A stretch of DNA of 5,879 bases, from NCBI RefSeq assembly GCF_003334815.1, contig NZ_QOWO01000072.1, one strand, 5' to 3'. The notes beneath the pieces were generated by a model that saw nothing but the letters and a program-made list of their open reading frames with translations, was not told where the DNA came from and searched no databases. The position numbers and the translations under genes were made by a program. Origin of the DNA: Escherichia coli. Lineage in GTDB: Bacteria; Pseudomonadota; Gammaproteobacteria; Enterobacterales; Enterobacteriaceae. Within the stretch, counting starts at the first letter, position 1. Each line of letters starts with the position of its first letter. Positions 4,974 through 5,879 of this stretch are shown in pieces.

Positions 4974-5710
4974 GCTGAACTCCTCGCACGTGCTTTTTCC
5001 AGGGATGCTCGTCTTCTTGCTTCCATTCCCAATGCGCCTGTTGAAGCCCGTTTCTGCTCCACTTTTTCACCTGCCCATTCGGCGGCTGTTTGCGTTCCCC
5101 GTTTCATTTGGTTTCTCGTTTTCTCTACGGCCATCCCAGCAGCCCCAATCCCTAAAAGAGCCATTCCCTGAAGAGTACCTTCGACACCTGCACCAGCAAG
5201 CTGCTGCGCGAAACTCGATGATTTCCAGACAAAGACAGCAATCAGAACTCCAATTACAAATGCCATTGCGCCCATTGTTAAAATATTTGTTGAGTTAGCA
5301 TCTCTCGATATCTGACTAAGCATATCAGTTTGAAACTCAGTACCAATTTTGACGAGAACTCCTGCAAAAATAACAGTAAATACACTAGAAAATAATATAC
5401 CAAGCCAGTTATTAAACATTACTCTGGTGAATCCAAACATATGACAACCGATAAATATCGGAGCTACAAGAATAGCTAACTGCATTGTTACATCGGCAAG
5501 CATGTAAATAACAGCCGCTACAGACATAATCAGGATGCTTCCTCCCCAAACCAACATTGAACCGATCCCACCCTCAACTGACACATATTTGGATTGATCC
5601 ATAGCATAAACTTTGTCTGCCAAAAGCTGAGTTGTACTCCACATGGTATCTAGCGTTGCCCATACAGGTTTACCAAGGAACCCATCCTTCATAGATTTAA
5701 TAGCATCCAT
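4970..5710 (-). CDS. VirB6/TrbL-family polytopic inner-membrane protein, lacking the canonical N-terminal segment (possibly N-terminally truncated)
   Basis: 246 aa with 4-5 hydrophobic helices and a charged C-terminal tail. APIFIGCHMFGFTRVMFNNWLGILF matches the conserved VirB6 P-x-F-I...TR..F..W block (remembered from Brucella/Agrobacterium VirB6). The frame is open upstream to TGA 5861-5863 with no ATG/GTG/TTG before ATG 5710, and the ribosome-binding site is weak. Confidence 0.7.
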   Translation of the reverse strand: MDAIKSMKDGFLGKPVWATLDTMWSTTQLLADKVYAMDQSKYVSVEGGIGSMLVWGGSILIMSVAAVIYMLADVTMQLAILVAPIFIGCHMFGFTRVMFNNWLGILFSSVFTVIFAGVLVKIGTEFQTDMLSQISRDANSTNILTMGAMAFVIGVLIAVFVWKSSSFAQQLAGAGVEGTLQGMALLGIGAAGMAVEKTRNQMKRGTQTAAEWAGEKVEQKRASTGALGMEARRRASLEKARARSSA

Positions 5711-5802
5711 TGCTGCCGTCAGATAGCCATCAGCATTGCTTACGAATGTTAAAATAATGGCAAATTTTGATAGGTCCCAAACGAGATCTTGTAATGGGGT
5801 TT

Positions 5803-5839
5803 GGGGCTCCGTGGGAATTTCTGCGATAACACCCGCTAA
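5803..5839. repeat. Right copy of the imperfect 37-bp inverted repeat (partner at 41-77); an inverted, degenerate copy of the 3' end of the 51..248 ORF
   Basis: Plus 5758-5829 translates to WQILIGPKRDLVMGFGAPWEFLR-stop, versus YQILAGKRQTGVPWAFLR-stop at the C-terminus of the 51..248 ORF (encoded on the opposite strand). Nucleotide identity is 34/37 in the core. Confidence 0.7.
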
Positions 5840-5849
5840 GCGATTTCTC

Positions 5850-5879
5850 CCTGACGGAAATCACTTGTTTTCCGTCAGG
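5850..5879. repeat. Perfect hairpin/inverted repeat at the right window edge (11-bp stem, 8-nt loop)
   Basis: CCTGACGGAAA-tcacttgt-TTTCCGTCAGG; the stem contains the in-frame TGA (5861-5863) that closes the upstream extension of the VirB6-like reading frame. Downstream context is beyond the window. Confidence 0.5.

Noticed and set aside
4843-5298. 151-aa plus-strand ORF
   Set aside because: Antisense across the VirB5-like/VirB6-like junction; proline/serine/leucine-rich with no domain signature.
4970-5710. Possible Walker A-like motif (GIGAAGMAVEKT) suggesting an ATPase
   Set aside because: Does not fit GxxxxGK[ST]; the protein is dominated by transmembrane helices and matches the VirB6 pattern instead.

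Overview
AT-rich, plasmid-backbone-like window with nearly all genes on the minus strand. All calls come from reading the sequence and ORF track against remembered family signatures; no searches or computations were run. Contents: (1) a compact iteron replicon with Rep_3-family repA (979-1728), four perfect 21-bp iterons (1861-1944), two DnaA boxes and an A-tract-rich region; (2) a hicA/hicB toxin-antitoxin pair with a consensus sigma70 promoter overlapped by a palindrome; (3) a MobC-like ribbon-helix-helix gene beside an oriT-like inverted repeat with a YATCCTG|Y motif; (4) pieces of a VirB/Trb-like type IV secretion locus in an unusual layout: a VirB6/TrbL-like membrane protein lacking the canonical N-terminus, then a VirB5/TrbJ-like protein, then a small membrane protein, and 4.7 kb away an HTH regulator, a lipoprotein and a 65-aa VirB6-N-terminus-like ORF; (5) a 37-bp imperfect inverted repeat pair (41-77 / 5803-5839) bracketing almost the whole window, plus a perfect hairpin at the right edge; (6) a GC-rich non-coding island (about 2105-2585) partly resembling the ColE1/pBR322 primosome assembly region. 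The most unusual signal is the split VirB6-like gene combined with the bracketing inverted repeats. No transposase, integrase, relaxase, tRNA/rRNA or CRISPR array was seen.
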